Source of the DNA: Actinomycetota bacterium
GTDB lineage: Bacteria > Actinomycetota > Acidimicrobiia > Acidimicrobiales > Ilumatobacteraceae
DNA length: 24,903 bases
Reading direction: 5' to 3'
Assembly (NCBI GenBank): GCA_005787025.1
Contig: SYCH01000248.1
Location: 1 to 24,903 of the forward strand
Shown piece by piece: positions 23,435-24,903 of the stretch. Numbering within the stretch: position 1 is the first letter of the stretch; each line of letters starts with the position of its first letter. A model generated the notes under the pieces. The model did not search any database and was not told the DNA's origin. It saw nothing but the letters and a program-made list of their open reading frames with translations. Made by a program: the position numbers and the translations under genes.

Positions 23435-24673
23435 TCAGTCGCGCGTCACCCGCACGGGCAACTCACGCGGACCACGAATCTGACCGACGCTCCAGACCAC
23501 GTCGTCCTCGGTGCCGTCGATGGAGAAGTTCGGGAAACGACCGATGAACTCCTCGACGGCCACGCGAAGTTCGAGGCGCGCCAGGTTCGACCCGAGACAA
23601 CGGTGGATTCCGAGTCCGAAGGCGGCGTGACGATTCTCCTGACGGTCGATCAACACCTTGTCGGCGTCGACGAACTCGGCGGGATCGAGATTCGCCGCCG
23701 GGAACGGCAGAAGGACCCACTCGTCCTTCTTCATCGGACAACCGTGGAAATCGTGATCCTTGGCGACCAGCCGCGCCATCGTGACGGGGGCGTACGCCCG
23801 CAGGAACTCCTCGATGGCGGTGGTCATCAGGTTCGGATCGGCCACCAGGCGGCGTCGATCCTCGTCGTGGGTGGCGAGGTGCCAGAGGCTGGAGCCGATA
23901 GCACTCCAGGTGGTGTCGATGCCGGCCACCAACAACAACAGGATGACTCCCCCCACCATGTTGTCGGGCAACTTCTCGCCGTACATCTCCACGTCCATCA
24001 GGTAGGAGGTGAGGTCGTCGCGCGGATTGGCCCGGTGATCCTCGATCTGCGCCAACAAATAGGCGTCGATGCGCTCGAACGAACGAATGCGCTCCTCGGG
24101 TTCGCCGTTGATGCTCTCGAGAATGTCGTGGACGAACCCGCGGAAGATGTCGTCGTCCTCGAGCGGGAAACCCAACATGCGCGAGATCACGTTGACCGGA
24201 ATGTGTTGGGCGTAGTCGAGAGCTGCGTCGACGCGTTGGCCGGCCGCGATCTTGGCCTCCATGGCGTCGAGCAACGAACGGCACAGGACGCGCACCTCGC
24301 CCTCCCACTCGGCGATCTTCTTGGGTGAGAACGGCGGGAGCAACAGACGACGGGCGTCGTGATGGAACGGCGGGTCACTGGTGATGGGCGGGGCGCCCCC
24401 GATGGGCGCCTCGTCTTCGGGGATCACGGTGCTCACCACCACGGCGCGACTGGTGTAGTTCTCGGTGTCGTAGGCGATCTCGCGCACCGTTTCGTGCGTG
24501 ACGGGCAACCACGTGCCGCCGTAGCGATCGCTGTGGGCGACCGGGCAGGACGAACGCAACTCGCTCCAGATCGCGTGGGCGTTGCGGTTGTACGCCGGAT
24601 CGGCGTGATCGAAGTCGGTGGCCCAGTCGCTGACCGGACCGTAGATCGAGACGGGGGGTTCGTAGACGGTCAT
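23435..24673 (-). CDS. Cytochrome P450
   Basis: SDPPFHHDARR, I-helix LLVAGIDTT, ExxR (EEFLR), and heme motif FGLGIHRCLG. Confidence 0.97.
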   Translation of the reverse strand: MTVYEPPVSIYGPVSDWATDFDHADPAYNRNAHAIWSELRSSCPVAHSDRYGGTWLPVTHETVREIAYDTENYTSRAVVVSTVIPEDEAPIGGAPPITSDPPFHHDARRLLLPPFSPKKIAEWEGEVRVLCRSLLDAMEAKIAAGQRVDAALDYAQHIPVNVISRMLGFPLEDDDIFRGFVHDILESINGEPEERIRSFERIDAYLLAQIEDHRANPRDDLTSYLMDVEMYGEKLPDNMVGGVILLLLVAGIDTTWSAIGSSLWHLATHDEDRRRLVADPNLMTTAIEEFLRAYAPVTMARLVAKDHDFHGCPMKKDEWVLLPFPAANLDPAEFVDADKVLIDRQENRHAAFGLGIHRCLGSNLARLELRVAVEEFIGRFPNFSIDGTEDDVVWSVGQIRGPRELPVRVTRD

Positions 24674-24686
24674 GGTCGATCGATTC

Positions 24687-24881
24687 TCACTCGGAGAGGG
24701 AGATGGCGAACTCGGGGCAGTTGGCCACGGCCAACTTCGCCCGCTCCACCAGATCGGGGCTGACGGTTCCGTCGCCGATCACGACCGCGTTGCCGTAATC
24801 GTCGACGTCGAACAGCTCGGGAGCGAGGGCGTAACAACGGTTGTGCCCTTGGCACTTCTCGGCATCGACGTGAATTCGCAT
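24687..24881 (-). CDS. Ferredoxin, [3Fe-4S] P450-partner type
   Basis: CQGHNRC...APELF...ANCPEFAI (C-x2-H-x2-C...CP); directly upstream of the P450. Confidence 0.93.
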   Translation of the reverse strand: MRIHVDAEKCQGHNRCYALAPELFDVDDYGNAVVIGDGTVSPDLVERAKLAVANCPEFAISLSE

Positions 24882-24903
24882 GAAATCACCCTACCCCTGC
24901 GTC

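Noticed and set aside
1-24903. tRNA, rRNA, integrase, transposase or CRISPR features
   Set aside because: None recognisable; the window is densely coding, with intergenic gaps under about 200 bp.

Overview
High-GC actinobacterial DNA, probably Acidimicrobiia (inferred from gene style and content, not verified). The centre (about 5.3-19.2 kb) is a phosphonate-catabolism locus with two chemically different C-P bond-cleaving systems back to back: an O2-dependent phnZ-phnY pair (minus strand, followed by an MFS gene) divergent from a radical-SAM C-P lyase operon phnF-G-H-I-J-K-L-M (plus strand). The lyase operon has no phnN, phnO or phnP. It ends instead in a translationally coupled inositol-monophosphatase/FBPase-family gene, the best candidate for an undescribed route that releases phosphate from the lyase product. 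A convergent phnD-phnC-phnE transporter has a fused double PhnE. Left flank: partial flavodoxin-like gene, pcrA, a secreted His/Gly-rich protein, a MOSC protein and chrA. Right flank: an MprAB-like two-component system, a CLC-F-like channel and a ferredoxin-P450-methyltransferase cluster. The response regulator promoter and the secreted-protein promoter about 18 kb away share the same 11-nt-phased direct-repeat box and -10 geometry, so the phn block may sit inside a once-linked regulon module. No RNA genes, CRISPR arrays or mobility genes were seen. Comparisons to reference proteins are from recalled sequences, not database searches.
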